Below are positions 1 through 13,093 of a stretch of DNA of 64,000 nucleotides, one piece after another. The notes beneath the pieces were generated by a model, which saw nothing but the letters and a program-made list of their open reading frames with translations, was not told the origin of the DNA and did not search any database. Source of the DNA: Podarcis pityusensis (taxonomy: Eukaryota); NCBI GenBank assembly GCA_964106645.2, contig OZ067049.1; one strand, written 5' to 3'. Both the position numbers and the translations under genes were made by a program. Numbering within the stretch: position 1 is the first letter of the stretch; the number at the start of each line of letters is the position of its first letter.

Positions 1-809
1 GAGAATTAACCCAAATGTAAAGCTCTTGACTTATTAGACAAAAACAAAACAAAACAAATTTTGACTATTGCAGAAAGCTATCCAGACATGTCATCATATC
101 ATGGAAGGCTGTGTCTCCATGATAAAAATGGGATTTTCTTGTTTTAAGCTCTCATTCATGAATATATTGCTGGTTTTGCACATGACTACCTGTAAAATAT
201 TTTAGCAATGGTGGCACAGATAAACTGTTATCTTCTGTGTGTGCTTTACACTGGCATGGGTTACCACTGTGTTACATAAGGAGGAGAGGTCTCAGAAGGC
301 AAAAAAATTGTCAATCGATGTACACATGGGCACTTTGCACATACATGTGAGGCCAGCAATTGAGAAATCAAGTGAGCAATTTAAAGCAACAGTGGGGAAC
401 CTTCAGCCCATGCACCTAATTGGGCCCACCAGACCTCCGCTTTTAGCACATTCTAGTCAAGCCACATTCACCTGTCCTAAAACTGATATCACATCTGGTG
501 TGGAGCAGAGAAAGACAAAGCTAGGCCAATGAGGTGTTCACAGACCCCACAGATGCATGCAGAACTTTGCACAAACCACCCTGTACAGCTTTTTGCAAGT
601 CTCAAAGGTCAGCTGATCATCAGTGGTTGCAGACAACCATGCTCAATGCTCTGAAGCCCCAACAATCAGCTGATCATCTGATTGTCAGAGCTTCACTACA
701 GTAAAACAGTAAGGTAACCAAAGAACTAGTATTCCAGATATTCAGAATGCCATAGAGCTGGTACAACAGAGTGCTTGAGAATACCTTTGCAAATATAATT
801 AATTGGGTG

Positions 810-1172
810 CAGAGCCGTCTTTCCCATTGGTGTTAGTGGTTTGTTGCGCCAGGGCGCCGGCCTCTCAGGGGTGCCCTAGCGAGTGGGGGAGCTTTGCCGG
901 CAGCCTCCCCTTTCCCTACAGTGTGGTGTAGTGGTTAAGAGCGGTAGTATCATAATCTGGAGAACCGGATTCTCTGAAGTCTCTCAGCCCCACTCACCTC
1001 ACAGAGTGTTTGTTGTGGAGGAGGAAGGGAAAGGAGAATGTTAGCCACTTTGAGACTCCTTCGGGTAGTGATAAAGTGGAATATCAAATCCAAACTCTTC
1101 TTCTTCTTCTTCTTCTTTTTCTTCTTCTTCTTCTTCACGCCCGCCAGCTGCGCCCCACCAACTATACGGCTG
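810..1172. mobile_element. GC-rich hAT-like MITE (same family as 2900-3221, opposite orientation) interrupted by a Squam3 SINE
   Basis: Left end CAGAGCCGTCTTTCCCATTGGTGTTAGTGGT matches the reverse complement of the right end of the 2900-3221 element. The right end (ATACGGCTG) is degenerate. Confidence 0.55.
919..1136 (+). mobile_element. Squam3(B)-type tRNA-derived SINE with internal deletion
   Basis: A-box head AGTGTGGTGTAGTGGTTAAGAGC, 3' body nearly identical to the 53314-53592 copy, (CTT)n tail. About 55 bp are missing between TTC microhomologies. Confidence 0.85.
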
Positions 1173-2309
1173 GTGGGCGTACAGATTCCTTCCCAAGCCT
1201 CTGCGGTGAATTTGACTGGGCTTAACCATCCAGGGGTCCTTTACCTTCACCTTTTTGAATGGAACTTACTACCAGGTAAGCAGGTGCATGATTGCAGACC
1301 AAGAGTGCAGTACTTTATCCATGTCTACAGAGACATGGGTAAAGTAAGTTCACATTAAGTTCACAGACCCATTGCAATGTCATAATGCAGTGCCATTCCC
1401 TGGCGGGGGAAGATAGCTATATCCCATCGTTTGCATGCCTGCATGGGAACTGAAAACTGTGGGACTTTCTTTTGAACTAATGTGCATCAGATTTCACCAC
1501 CACTGCTTCTTTTCTTTACAGGTGTAATTGTCTGAGCAAAATTGTTTTGCCATGCCTTGATTAAAAATGGCTAGGGCCACCAGGGTGAGATAAAGTTGAT
1601 TTGGTGGTTGGAGTTGGTTGCGTAGGAGATAGCAATGCTCTTATTCACACTAGACATTTGTTACATCCTCTGGAGACACTTGTTGAAATCTCTTTGCTGG
1701 ATTTACAAATAACTTTCAGAGCTCATGATGAATATCTCAAGTTCAACCACACTTTATCAACACATTCTTTGGGCTGTTAAAATGGAAGTTCTCTGAAACC
1801 GATTTCCTCCCAGCAGGGCAATTATTGCAGGGAAGCATTTGCAGGCTGGAGTATCTCACAATGGAGTTCTTCCTATCCGTCAGTGCTGGAGAACTATAAA
1901 TCTTTGCCCGTGACATCATAATCTGTTGCTGTGGGAATGCTTGTGGTATCACAAAAAGAGGATTACAACCTCAACTTTGGAGTAAACGGAAAGAAGAGAT
2001 TGGCTCAGCAAGATAAAATGCCATCCCCACGGAGGATGAATAGATCATCCCCCCAAAACCTTTCAAGATCAGGTTTGCTCACATCTTATAAAACCAGGAT
2101 CAGATTCCTTCTTGATATGTCAGAGTAACCTCATTCACAGCCAAGAAAGTCAACTTTGCCTTCACACAAAAAATAATCACTGGGAAGAGCAGCTGAGGGG
2201 AAACGTGAGCTTTCGGAGCCCTGTTGTTAAAACAGGATGCTTTTGCTTCTTGCTTTTGGAGGAACCAAATTGTAATGACAGCATGCACCTTTTAGCAAGC
2301 TGAACATTT

Positions 2310-2794
2310 GGATGTGCCAGTTCTGGGCACCACAATTTTAGAAGGGTATTGACAAGCTGGAATCTGTGCAGAGGAAGGTGGCCAAGATTATCAAGAGTCT
2401 GGAAACCAAGCCTTATGAGGAACGGTTGAGGGAGTTGGGTATGTTTAGCCTGGGAAAGAGGAGACTGAGAGGAGATATGATAGCCATCTTCAACTATCTA
2501 AAGGGTTGTTACATGGAATATGGAGCAAGCTTGTTTTCTCCTGCTCCAGAAGGCAGGACTTTAACTAATGGATTCAAGTTACAAGAAAGGAGACTCCAAC
2601 TAATCATCAGCAATAATCTGAGAGTAAGAGCTGTTTGACAATGGAATAGACTCCCACGAGAGGTGGTGGAGGTTTTTAGGCAGAGGTTAGATGGCCAATC
2701 GTCAGGTATGATCTTGTTGAGATTCCTGCATTGCAGGAGGTTGACTAGATGACTCTCAGAGTCCCTTCCAACTCTACAATTCTATGATTCTATG
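2310..2794 (+). mobile_element. CR1 LINE 3' fragment
   Basis: ORF 2366-2638 (YEERLRELGMFSLGKRRLRGDMI) is typical of the CR1 ORF2 C-terminus. Ends in the CR1 terminal repeat ATTCTATGATTCTATG. Confidence 0.92.
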
Positions 2795-2899
2795 TGGCTT
2801 TATTTATGTGTTTGGTAAAGTCACATCGCACCCTGCCTCCCTGAAGGGTGCCCAGGGCAGTTAGCGACATGAAATCAAATAAAAAATATGCAGTATATA

Positions 2900-3221
2900 C
2901 AGGGCTGTCTTAAGCATATCCGGCACCCTCTCCCCCCATTTCCCAGAGTTTTTTAGGGAGGGCGGTCTGCCGGTGGGGCTGAAGGAGGTGGACAGTGGCT
3001 GGAGGGCAGCTCCTCCAGCAGGGAAGAAGTGGAGGCTGGCCGCTTCGTGCCACGGTGGCCATGGCAGGCGGAGGCTCCGGGCATGGCGCTGAGGGCAAGT
3101 GCGAGGGCGGTGAGCTGATGCTGGGAGGTGCTGCGTCCAGCCTCCACCTCTTCCCTGGCACCCTCCAGAACTTGGCACCCTGGCGCCCGCACCACTAGCC
3201 TCTATGGGTAAGACGCCCCTG
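2900..3221. mobile_element. hAT non-autonomous element (MITE)
   Basis: TIRs CAGGGCTGTCTTA / TAAGACGCCCCTG; 8-bp TSD AGTATATA / AGTATACA. Confidence 0.85.
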
Positions 3222-4464
3222 AGTATACAATAATTTTAAACAGTCATAAAACTCCAGTGCCTAGCAATACCTATCATCTTCCAAAGTTCCAAACATGGTC
3301 GTGGAGGGAGCTCTAGAAGCTAGGCGCTCAGTATAGAGGAAAGGTTGCTCTGCATATGATCTAGAAATGGGCCTGGCAGATCTAGAAATGGGTTCTGGAG
3401 ATAACCCTAATGTGACATAGCTTTAAAAAGACTACCTAGGACAGAAAGGGTTTGTATATACACAGAAAGTGCCAGTAGTGCATGCCCTTGAGTGCCCCCT
3501 GAAAAAAAGCACTGCCCAGAAAGTCCAGGATCTAAATGGATCTAAATGGAGCAATAGCCTGACTAAGTAAAAGGCAGCTTCCTATGTTCCTGTGATGATG
3601 TTCATCAAGCAAGTGACGGATGGGTCCATTCCAGTCTTTGAAACTCATAAGAGTGAGCAGCTCCTTGAGGGATTCTGGAGCTGGCTCAAGGCAGAAATGT
3701 TATAATTTTCTTTCCTCTGTAGAATGGGCTGTTGTTTCCGAGGAGTCGATCTGGCCCTGATAGAGTCATAAAAATATATTTGCAGAGAGCAAACAATCCA
3801 CTCTTCGCTAAACTAACAATGTTCTCTCCTCCACATTGTCCCCCTGCCAGTCATTTTCAGCTCTCTCGCTGCTCGATAGTTGTTGCTAAGAAGGCCTGCC
3901 GGAAAAAAAACTGGCTTCTTGTCTGTGCCTTGCAAGTCTTCCTGGGCAGTTGAAAACTACAGGTAATACTGCAGTATATTACATCTTGAGAGAGTGCTGG
4001 GCTGAAGGGTACTTTGGGAGTCTGAAATAGTTGTTGAAAGCTATTTGCTGTCTGGTTTCTAGGAGACCGCATGACTCACTGCATCTTTCCTCACCGTCTA
4101 CACTTCTCAAGCATTTATCAACTAATGTCCTTGATAAAGACTGATAAAAATCTGGGGGGTTGGGGTGGGTGGAATTAGAGAAGGCATATGAAATTATTAT
4201 TGAAGATAAAGACTACTCAACAAAAACCCAAGGGTATATTCCTGCTACAGCTGGGAATAGAAGCATGCAAAATCATTTATGAGGCTTGTTCCTTATTTCT
4301 CTTGCTTCCTCAAAACTTAATCCAGCGCTTGCTATTTTTACTTCAAAGAGAAGATGGAGAAAGAAGAATGGGCATGATCCAACCAAAGTTAATGTATAAT
4401 CCTGTGCACGTTCACTCGGAAGTACTTCCCAATCTGTACATCAGCTTAAATGATCTTGCCGAAG

Positions 4465-4472
4465 TCTGTCTG

Positions 4473-4508
<36 letters not shown>

Positions 4509-4732
4509 TGGCGATCACTCGTAACCGAGTAAGATTTTCTTCCATAAACATGGCTTTAACAGTGAGTTAAATGAGGTGACTGTGGAGGCCAATTCTGGAT
4601 CCACACGTCCTTCCACAGTGGGGACATTGGTTTCTGGGTGGGAGTTGATCACGGTGTGGATTTGCCAAGCATGCCTTCCTCTTGGCACATTTCTCCCTTG
4701 TGTCCTGAGTTCGAGTGTCTTCAAAGCCCATG
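4465..4732 (-). mobile_element. RTE-clade LINE 3' end
   Basis: Minus strand encodes the C-terminal Zn-finger CPHCGRTCGSRIGLHSH, followed by a short 3' UTR and a (GAAA)n tail. Homologous to 49133-49383. Confidence 0.85.
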
Positions 4733-5178
4733 TTTCATGCTCATTGATAATATTTGGGATGTTGTTGCTGCAGTGGGGCCGTGGTGGAGCTATTAAACAC
4801 CTAATAGTTCTGCTTGAAGATGAATCTGCATGTTGAAGCTCAGTCCAAGGCTGGTGAACTATTGTGTTCCATAATGTTGGTACAGTGAGCTGTCCTGGCA
4901 CGTTAAATCAAGAGGGCAAGGTGGACCTGCTCCATCACACTTATTAAAGAGGAAAGCGCCTTGTCTGTCCCAAAGGCACCATGGTGATCACAGAGCCACT
5001 TGCTGTAGCTGTACTGCAACATGTAGCTTCATACCGATGCAACTTTTTTGGTGTGTATCTTTCCATATAAAACAAGGGCTTTATACATCAAGTCATGCTC
5101 CTTGGACATGCTCAGCTGGCAGCTGCTCACATTGCTAGCTGGGCATTAGAGAACATAATCTCTCACCACCTGGCCCAG

Positions 5179-5935
5179 GTTGAGGCTCTGGTAGCCTCAG
5201 TGGCCCAGAGTGCCTTCCATCAGCTTTGGTTGGTGGCCCAGCTATGCCCCTATCTGGACAGGGATAGCCTAACTACTGTTGTCTATGCTCTGGTAACCTC
5301 AAGGTTAGATTACTGCAATGTGTTATACATAGGGCTGCCTCTGAAGATGGTTCAGAAACTTCAGCTAGTGCAGAATTCAGCGGGCAGGTTGCTTGCCAGA
5401 GCAAGACAGTTTGAGCATATTACACTGATCCTGGTCTGGCTGCTCTGGCTACCAATTAGTTTTCGGGCTCAATTCAAAGGGCTGATTTTGGCCTATAAAG
5501 TCTTAAACAGCTCAGGACTGCACTACCTCAAGGACCGCCTCTTTCCATATGAATCTACCCAGACCCTGAGATCATCTTCCGAGGCCCTCCTTCACGTGCC
5601 TCCTCAAGAGGTCTAGAGGGTGGCAACACGAGAACAGGCCTTGTCTGTAGTGGCTCCCCATCTGTGGAATGCTCTCCCCAAGGAAGTTTGCCTGCCGGCT
5701 TCATTATATACCTTTAGGCGCCAGGCAAAAACATTCCTTTTTAACCAGGTCTTTGGTTGATTTGATTGACATCCTATGCCCTTTTAAAATGTGGGTTGGG
5801 GGTGTTATTGGGTTGTTTTTTAATTTTGAGTATGTATTTTGTGGTTATATATTTTGATTTTATTCTGTGAACCACCCTGAGACCGCCAGATATAGGGTGG
5901 TATATAAATTCAAAATGATAATAATAATAATAATA
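5179..5935 (+). mobile_element. L2 LINE 3' fragment
   Basis: ORF contains the L2 ORF2 motifs ALVTSRLDYCN, LQLVQNSA and LLWLPI, then a 3' UTR and a (TAA)n tail. Confidence 0.9.
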
Positions 5936-6289
5936 GGGAGCTCAGAAAGTGTCCCAGGAAAAGTGTCCCTGCCCCCTGCTTGGGGATATCCTGTAATCAC
6001 AGTGAGAAGCCAGCCACGCAGGCAGTATACTTGCCCCACAAACATCTTCATTAGACATGAGGGCTGCTGTGCTGTCAGTGAGGGCATGAAGCAGCATGCA
6101 CCATATACATTACAATATAAATACAAGAGTCAAATAAGCAGCTTGCTCTGAGCAAAATGGGCTCTGCTTTGTCAAGGGTTCCAAACAGATGTTTGTTCTA
6201 ACCCTGCTTCCATGGGCGAAGCTAGCATGTTGCCTCCGCTGTATGTCTCATCCCTGCACTGTTCGTGCATACAGCAAGGAGGAGGAAGA

Positions 6290-6445
6290 CTTTGGCTTAG
6301 CAGCAGAGGGATATTTTGCATGCAGAAGGTCTCAGATTCTATTCCTGGCATATCCTGTTGAAAAGGTTCTCATGTAATGGATCTGGGAATGATCTTGGTC
6401 TGCAACCATGGACAGCTGCTTCCAACAAGAGTAGACAGTGATACA
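6290..6445 (+). mobile_element. Degenerate Squam2-type tRNA SINE
   Basis: TTTGCATGCAGAAGGTCTCAG...CCTGGCAT head and GTAGACA body, shared with 33795-33945 and 49520-49685. Confidence 0.55.
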
Positions 6446-7607
6446 CAGCAATGATCAGAAAAGGGGGGGGGGGGACACCATGTATCCTATTCAATAAGTC
6501 AATGCACAATAAGTGGCAGCCACACCCTTACACACTTTCCCCTCCGATCCCAAAGGACCTCTAAACAATCCATGGTTTGCAAGGACCAGTCGAAAGGACT
6601 CACTTCCCACTATAACTTAGCCATCCAGCAAGTGTCAGTCATTTAAGAAGCCCAGATACAATGCTTAATAAACATCCAAATGGGGCATATTCTTTGGGAG
6701 GGCAGTTTGCCTGACAAAGCACAGTGAATAATTAAAGGAAGGGATTGGTCCCATGATACTAGTAATAATGTAACATTAATACTTCGCAGCTTTGCAGCAT
6801 TTTACCTCTTCAAAACACAGAGGAGCAGTAATGTATGCAGACCATTTATGAATAAAATTGTAAATGGCTTGCAACTTGTTTGTGATGGCCTGCGAGTGGG
6901 TGCAGATTAGCATGCAGAAAGGTAAGTGAGGGGTGGAGGCGAGGGGGTAGGATTTTGATGTAGGCTACAAAAGAACGGTCAACTGCTATTGTAAAGTGTA
7001 CAGATTGTATCTAATAGAAAGAGAGCGATATTTGAGTGCATTTCCATAACAACAGGTAACTGTTGTCAAATATGAGACCTACGTAATGAGACCTTCACCC
7101 TTATAGTGCAAAGAAGACAGTCACAGTGTTAACAGAATGCTGGGAAAAAGGAGAAGAGGCTCTTGTTGATAGTAATAGAGTGGCAGGAATGAACCACATC
7201 ATGCAGAACAAGGCCATTTTAATGTGTGCTCCATTATGTCAGCCAAAGTTCGTCATCACCTGGTTTAGGTGCAAATTCATCTAGCTCATAATGCTAGAAT
7301 TCAGATCAATTTGCCCCAAGTGTTCTTCCCCAGTTCTAAACGTAACTTGAGATTCTGCATGTGTGCTGTCACTAACTCAGCGCCTATTGGGTAATTTCCA
7401 ATTACTTTATATCCTACTGAGTATACCCATTGAAATTAATGAAGCTAAGTTAATTATACCGTTATTTTCAATGGGTCTGCTCTAAGTAGGACTAGCATTG
7501 TATACAGCCCATAGTTTTGTAGACCCACAAACAATTCTTGTAACTGTCAATCACTTTGTCTCACTGAACTGCTTATTGGTTTCTGAGAAACTATAGTCAT
7601 CTCCATA

Positions 7608-7965
7608 AGGACGCGGGTGGCACTGTGGTCTAGACCAGAGCCTAGGGCTTGCCAATCAGAAGGTCGGCAGTTCGAATCCCTGCAGCGGGGTGAGCTCCCG
7701 TTGTTCAGTCCCAGCTCCTGCCAACCTAGCAGTTTGAAAGCACATCAAGTGCAAGTAGATAAATAGGTACCGCTCCGGCGGGAAGGTAAACGGCATTTCC
7801 ATGCACTGCTCTGGTTCGCCAGAAGTGGCATAGTCATACTGGCCACATGACCCGGAAGCTGTCTGCGGACAAATGCCGGCTGCCTCGGCCTATGGAGCGA
7901 GATGAGCGCACAACCCCAGAGTTGTCTGCGACTGGACCTAACGGTCAGGCCTACCTTTACCTTTT
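7608..7965 (+). mobile_element. Sauria SINE (Squam1/POM-type), full length
   Basis: GGACGCGGGTGGC head, B-box GTTCGAATCC, core AAGTGCAAGTAGATAAATAGGTACC, (ACCTTT)n tail. Perfect 15-bp TSD TATAGTCATCTCCAT (7592-7606, 7966-7980). Confidence 0.95.
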
Positions 7966-10900
7966 TATAGTCATCTCCATGTGTTAGCCACAAATGGGGC
8001 TACATGAAAACCAAGGGACTCTGTTGGTAGCCCCACCATCAAGATTGTGCAGCTCCTTCCAGCCCCTCATACACTGAGAGTTAACTTCTGAAGTGAGGGA
8101 CCATTTCTATGCATCTAGGTTACCTCTGTGATTCCAAACTGTGTGAGGAGCCTCCTACATGAATAGAAAAGACTACTTAATTCAAAACTTAATGCTCAAT
8201 ATGTGAAGGGCCAGGGATCACATGATTTCAACAGTAGAACTTAAAAGTGCAGCCCTGCAGCTCTCTTACATATGTGTTGTACTATTGTATGAGTAGTACA
8301 TGGACTGGGCTTATATGAACAGACCATCCAACTCTGCAGCCTTTTGTGTGGTGGCTTTTTTCCCTTCTGAGTTTGGGTCAGTGAATTCCCTTACTTAATT
8401 CTTGCAGACATTGTATGGGACTGCTGTCCCCCTTCCACAGCTAAAACCCAGGGGTGTTTCTGGGCACTTGAGTGAGAGGGGAGGTTCAGTTTCCAAGTAA
8501 ATTTCTGCCATGGCTGGTGCTGGGGAATGCAGTTCTGACGGGGGGAGTGGGGCGTGTAGTAATAGGATGGGTCACAGGTTAGTGTTTCGCTTCATAAAGG
8601 CTCAGACAATTCTGTTTGAGCAGAGAAAAGCTGCCCATCACATGCAGCTTCACAGGACTGCCATCTTCTTAGCTAAAAACATATATGTTTAAGACGCAGC
8701 CTAAAAAGGCTTACTTAGTAACTATGGATGGAAGTATGGCTGTTGGAGAAGTCCATGGAACTGGGAGTGGACATTGCCACAATTTGCATGTTCATTAGAG
8801 AACAGGAATGGAAATCACACAAGCAAATATTAACATTATTCACTACCAGCATTTTTAAAGTCTGCAAGCACCATGTAAATAATGTTATCATTTTCTTCCT
8901 TTTTTATGTTTCCCTTCCATTGAAATTGATTGTGTAATTAATTACATTAGTTTCAACCATTGCAAAGAGTGAGATGCACAATGTAGGTTTTAGCGGAAGC
9001 TGAGCTGCAGTGGAACAGCAACTGCGCTGATTGTGACAAATGCAGGATAGGATGAAAAATTGTCCCGCTGAAATAAAAGCAAGGCTTACCCCAAAAACTT
9101 CCATTAGACCTGCTGTTTTGATGCACTCAAGAGAAAGTCATTCCTACTAAACTTGAATTCATTTTTTTCATCATTGCTGTCTGCTCTGAAGGGTGTACAA
9201 TTGTGAAGCCTCAAAGGCAGATGGGAGCTTGTAACTGAATGTGTGAGTGGTGTGCGGTTTGACTAGCATTCAAGAGAACACAGTTCTGTTCCAATACTCT
9301 TTTTCCCCAAGCTGTCATGGGCACTGGATAGTAGCCTCTCCAGCTGATTAACCAGTGACATTGACAGCCTTTACCTGCAGGCCTTGCCAGTCCTCCCAAG
9401 CCAAAACAGCAGTTTCACCACAACAGGGTTATTTAATGGAACGAAACACAGTTCCGAAAAAGGTATGAGAGCAATAGAAGCACCACAAGTTATTTCACTG
9501 TGGATTTCTCATCTAAGAGAAAGATTCACATGGTTTGTTGCAGTTTTCAATATCTGGAGGCAGAGAGTCAAGCTTACTGTTGTGCTAAATTTTCAAAAGC
9601 AAATATTTTCACTACAAAAGTAGTGCAAAATGTTCCCAGAAATGTCTGCTTAGACACTTTGTTTGGCCTTGGTCACAACCCCCAGTCAGTTGCTGTCTCA
9701 GCACCATTAAATAATAAAACAAAACCTTTCAGACTAATGATTCCAAGCCAGTTAGGAATTGTGCTTTCCGGCAGGACACCACATAGCAATTCACATTTGT
9801 TTGTGCGTGGTGATGTCACAAAGCAAATTCAGATTCAAGCCAATCCTTCCTGCTCTCCTTTGGAAATGTCATTGTGATGGCACTATGTAGACAAACAGAT
9901 TTTGCTACATAACATCCCAAAGCCAATTTAGAGAGAGGGTAGGAAATACTGTCCTCATTTTTGCTTTAATTCTTGGTTTCTCCTCAATTGTCAAAATGTA
10001 AAAAGCAAATAAATGCAAGTAGTAATGGATTTCTGTGGAGGGTTTTAATCAGTCCTATATAGTCCTAAATTTCTCAACACCTGCACCTATCGAGAAATAA
10101 AGTTTGCAGTCCAGGTTTACCCAGGTTTTCTAGGGAATGGAATTTTGTCAACTTACATCAAGTATGCTTAAGTTTGAATTTCCAATAATAACTATACTGG
10201 AGAAATAAGGAGGGGGTAGGCATGTGCAAAATTTGTAGAAAGAGTCACCAGAGTCCTCTCACTCTTAATCTGTGGAATACTTGGGTCTCTTTGGGGTATT
10301 GTTTCTTGCTCTTGGTATTAGCAATCTGCATAAGATAATACAGGAAAGGTCAAAATGATGAATTTATAGCCTGATGCAGGCAACTGGGGGGGGCATGGTG
10401 AATTTGCTGAACTGCAGTATGCTAAGATGAAACTTTTATTATCCAGGCCTTCATTAAATGGTATAAATAATAAGAGAGAAGTCTCTGCCATTATAAATTG
10501 CACTCCGACAGAGTGCTGTTTATGGACTAAGCTTCATGTCATGTATCTAGAATAGAACAGAAGGTACTTATTCTCTGTTTATAAAAATTTTACCTGCAGA
10601 CACAGAGAGTCTCCATGTCAATATCATTAAGGTAAGCAGGCGTCTGCTCTGAGTCCCTCAAGCGATCTTCTTGCTACATTTCTGTAAAAGACATTGTAGG
10701 AAGGGTCTTCAGAATGAGTTGGAAAACAATGTAATGACATGCCAAATCGGGCAGATTAATCATCGTTCAATCACAGATGGGGCAGGGAGGCCACTTATCT
10801 TAATGTACGGAAAGCAAGTCTCCACTTAGTACTGCTTGACGCAGTCTCAGTGTTCCCTTTTAGCCTGGCAGAGACCCAGAGAGATGTGCTGATGCTCAAA

Positions 10901-12373
10901 CACTCCAGTTGCTGAATACTGGAGTCTGATCCCTTGGTACGTCTGATTAAAGCCAATGATCAATACTCAACTTTGAGAAAAACTGGTGCTGGGTGTATTA
11001 CAGATGACGTCCCATGAATAAATAAACTTCGATAATGGCATTTGTCTTACAATAGAGCTCATGTATAATTGAGCACAAATAATGCGCATTAAAAGAACAC
11101 CTAGCATGCTCATTGCCAAAAGAAAGAGTTAATTGATTTCTCTCTTCTGGGAACTCCTCTCATAACAAGGCAAGAGATAGGAAAAAGGTTGTCTGCTGTT
11201 ATAATGAATGCAAAGTACCTGCTCAGTGCATTACCGTAGTTGCACCAGGTCTTTCTTTCAATTGCCATTTAATGGCCTTTATAGAACCCAGTTCTTTAAC
11301 TCGCTAAAGACTTCAGATAGGTCCCACACTTCTCATCTGGATAGAAAGGGTCTAGGACCTGATCCAACTTTTGCTGAAATCGAGATTTAAATTTGGCCTG
11401 AGGTCAGTTCCATGGAAGACTGCACTTCCCTCAGCTTTGCAAATGTATTTAATTGAATCAAAATGAATTCAAAAGGACACTTGGGGGAAGAACAAACTCA
11501 GTGCATTTTTTGGACTTGAACAAAGCACGGCTGCCTACTCTTAACAGAACACCTGTATAAATGATCTCTCTCTCTCCTTTATAGATGAATGACTTTTAAT
11601 CCAGTAACATTCCCTTTCCCCATCAAAGGCAAAAAGGCAGTCCTGGGTTGCAACCTGTGTGAGATGAAAATTAAAGTGATTTGTACTTTGCCACAAGGCT
11701 GGTGCGCACACAGTAACACATCTGTTCATTATGCTCTCCGAAAAGTTGGAACGGATATTGTTGTTAACTTTGGGGATTAATGCCAGCTAGCCTAGGATAC
11801 CAAATGCTTATGTTTTAGCAATCTTTCCAAGACGGAGAACAAAACAGGACATAATTTCCTCTGACATCATCTCAAAACATGGCACACTCTCTAACTTTGC
11901 CGTCCATAGGTGATCTGCCATCTGGATCCAGTTAGCACATTGCATTTAATTGCTGGATCACAGCACTGAAATTAGAGCGTATTCCATATTACTTGCAGGG
12001 AAATTGCATCGAATCCCATTTCATCTGCACGTTTACAATGTATAACAAGCTACATTTCTTGACTTCCTCCATAGTTCTTTGACACGGACAAAGTTACACC
12101 GACAGTAATATGGCCAGCTTTTTATTAGAGGGCTCTGCACATTTTTCATGTAGTGAGCTTTCAAACAAAATTGGGCTGAGGAAAGATTGAACTGTTCTGA
12201 CATATATACAGAATGGGTGGTTTCTGTCGCCCTTTGAAGGAATGAACGAGGGGAGGAAATTCCTAGCAGGAAACAGCAAATTTATTTAGATACATTTCTC
12301 TTTCTGTAGCAATGCAATGTTTTACATCCTGTGTTTTATTAAGTTCAGTCTTTCTTGTGTTTAAATTCAGATT

Positions 12374-12842
12374 TGCCAGATAAGTGTGGCGGTGGGGGGG
12401 GGGGTGTCACTGCCATGCTTGTGTGGATTTCAAAGCGTTAATGATCTAAAACCTCAACTTCTAGGAGGCTGTTGGTACCGAAGGTGGCAGAATAGTTTTT
12501 GCATAGGCCCAGACTTGAAAGACAGTTCACATAAACAGTTTCTGAACCCGGCAAGGGAACGGGAGAGCCAATCTGTGCTGGTTTCCCAGTACTTCAACTC
12601 TTGCCCCCTTTTTCTTCTTCAGCCTTTTAGTATGAGCTGCTCACTGTCACAGGCTCTCCTTGCTCACTAAAGCCTGTTGCTTCTTCAGCATCCAACCCCC
12701 CACCGCCCCGTTCTCCCTCTGACCTCTCCTCAGTGTCCCACCACCAGCCCCCAGGCTCTGAGCCTCCCTCCTCTGTGGCTTCCCTTGGGGCTCCCCAGCT
12801 GGTAGCTCCCACCACTCCTCGTCATCTAGCTAGTATCTGACA
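12374..12842 (-). mobile_element. Decayed solo LTR, probably Gypsy-type
   Basis: Terminal inverted 9-mers TGCCAGATA / TATCTGACA give TG...CA ends. Purine-rich 5' half on the minus strand. No clean TSD. Confidence 0.55.
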
Positions 12843-13010
12843 AGCAGATTGAAGTACAATCCTGTCCCTTGTGGCCACAGCCCATCACTTACCAAAGCCC
12901 TCCTCCTATCCAACACATGCTTCCAGTAACTCAGATACCCCGGGATGCTCACCTTACTTCAGCCTAAGTTGTACTTTCGCAAAGGAGAACAAGCAGAGTC
13001 CTGGATTCTA

Positions 13011-13045
13011 TTGACTGACTGATTGATTGATTGATTGATTGATTG
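13011..13045 (+). repeat. (GACT/GATT)n microsatellite
   Basis: Direct tetranucleotide repeat. Confidence 0.85.
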
Positions 13046-13093
13046 TGTGTATTTTATATATTTTTATACAGTCTTTCTGCAAACCACCATGGT

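Noticed and set aside
950-1358. Poly-K/L/F/E ORFs
   Set aside because: These are translations of the (CTT)n SINE tail.
1522-2300. Possible terminal coding exon after a TTTCTTTACAG acceptor
   Set aside because: All frames stop within 15 codons and no peptide is recognisable. It cannot be supported without transcripts.
2861-3198. Overlapping GC-rich ORFs
   Set aside because: They lie almost entirely within the TIR/TSD-bounded MITE at 2900-3221.
10600-10631. Plus-strand micro-exon (TESLHVNIIK) ending at GTAAGC
   Set aside because: The pyrimidine tract is weak, there are no partner exons, and it overlaps the better minus-strand candidate.
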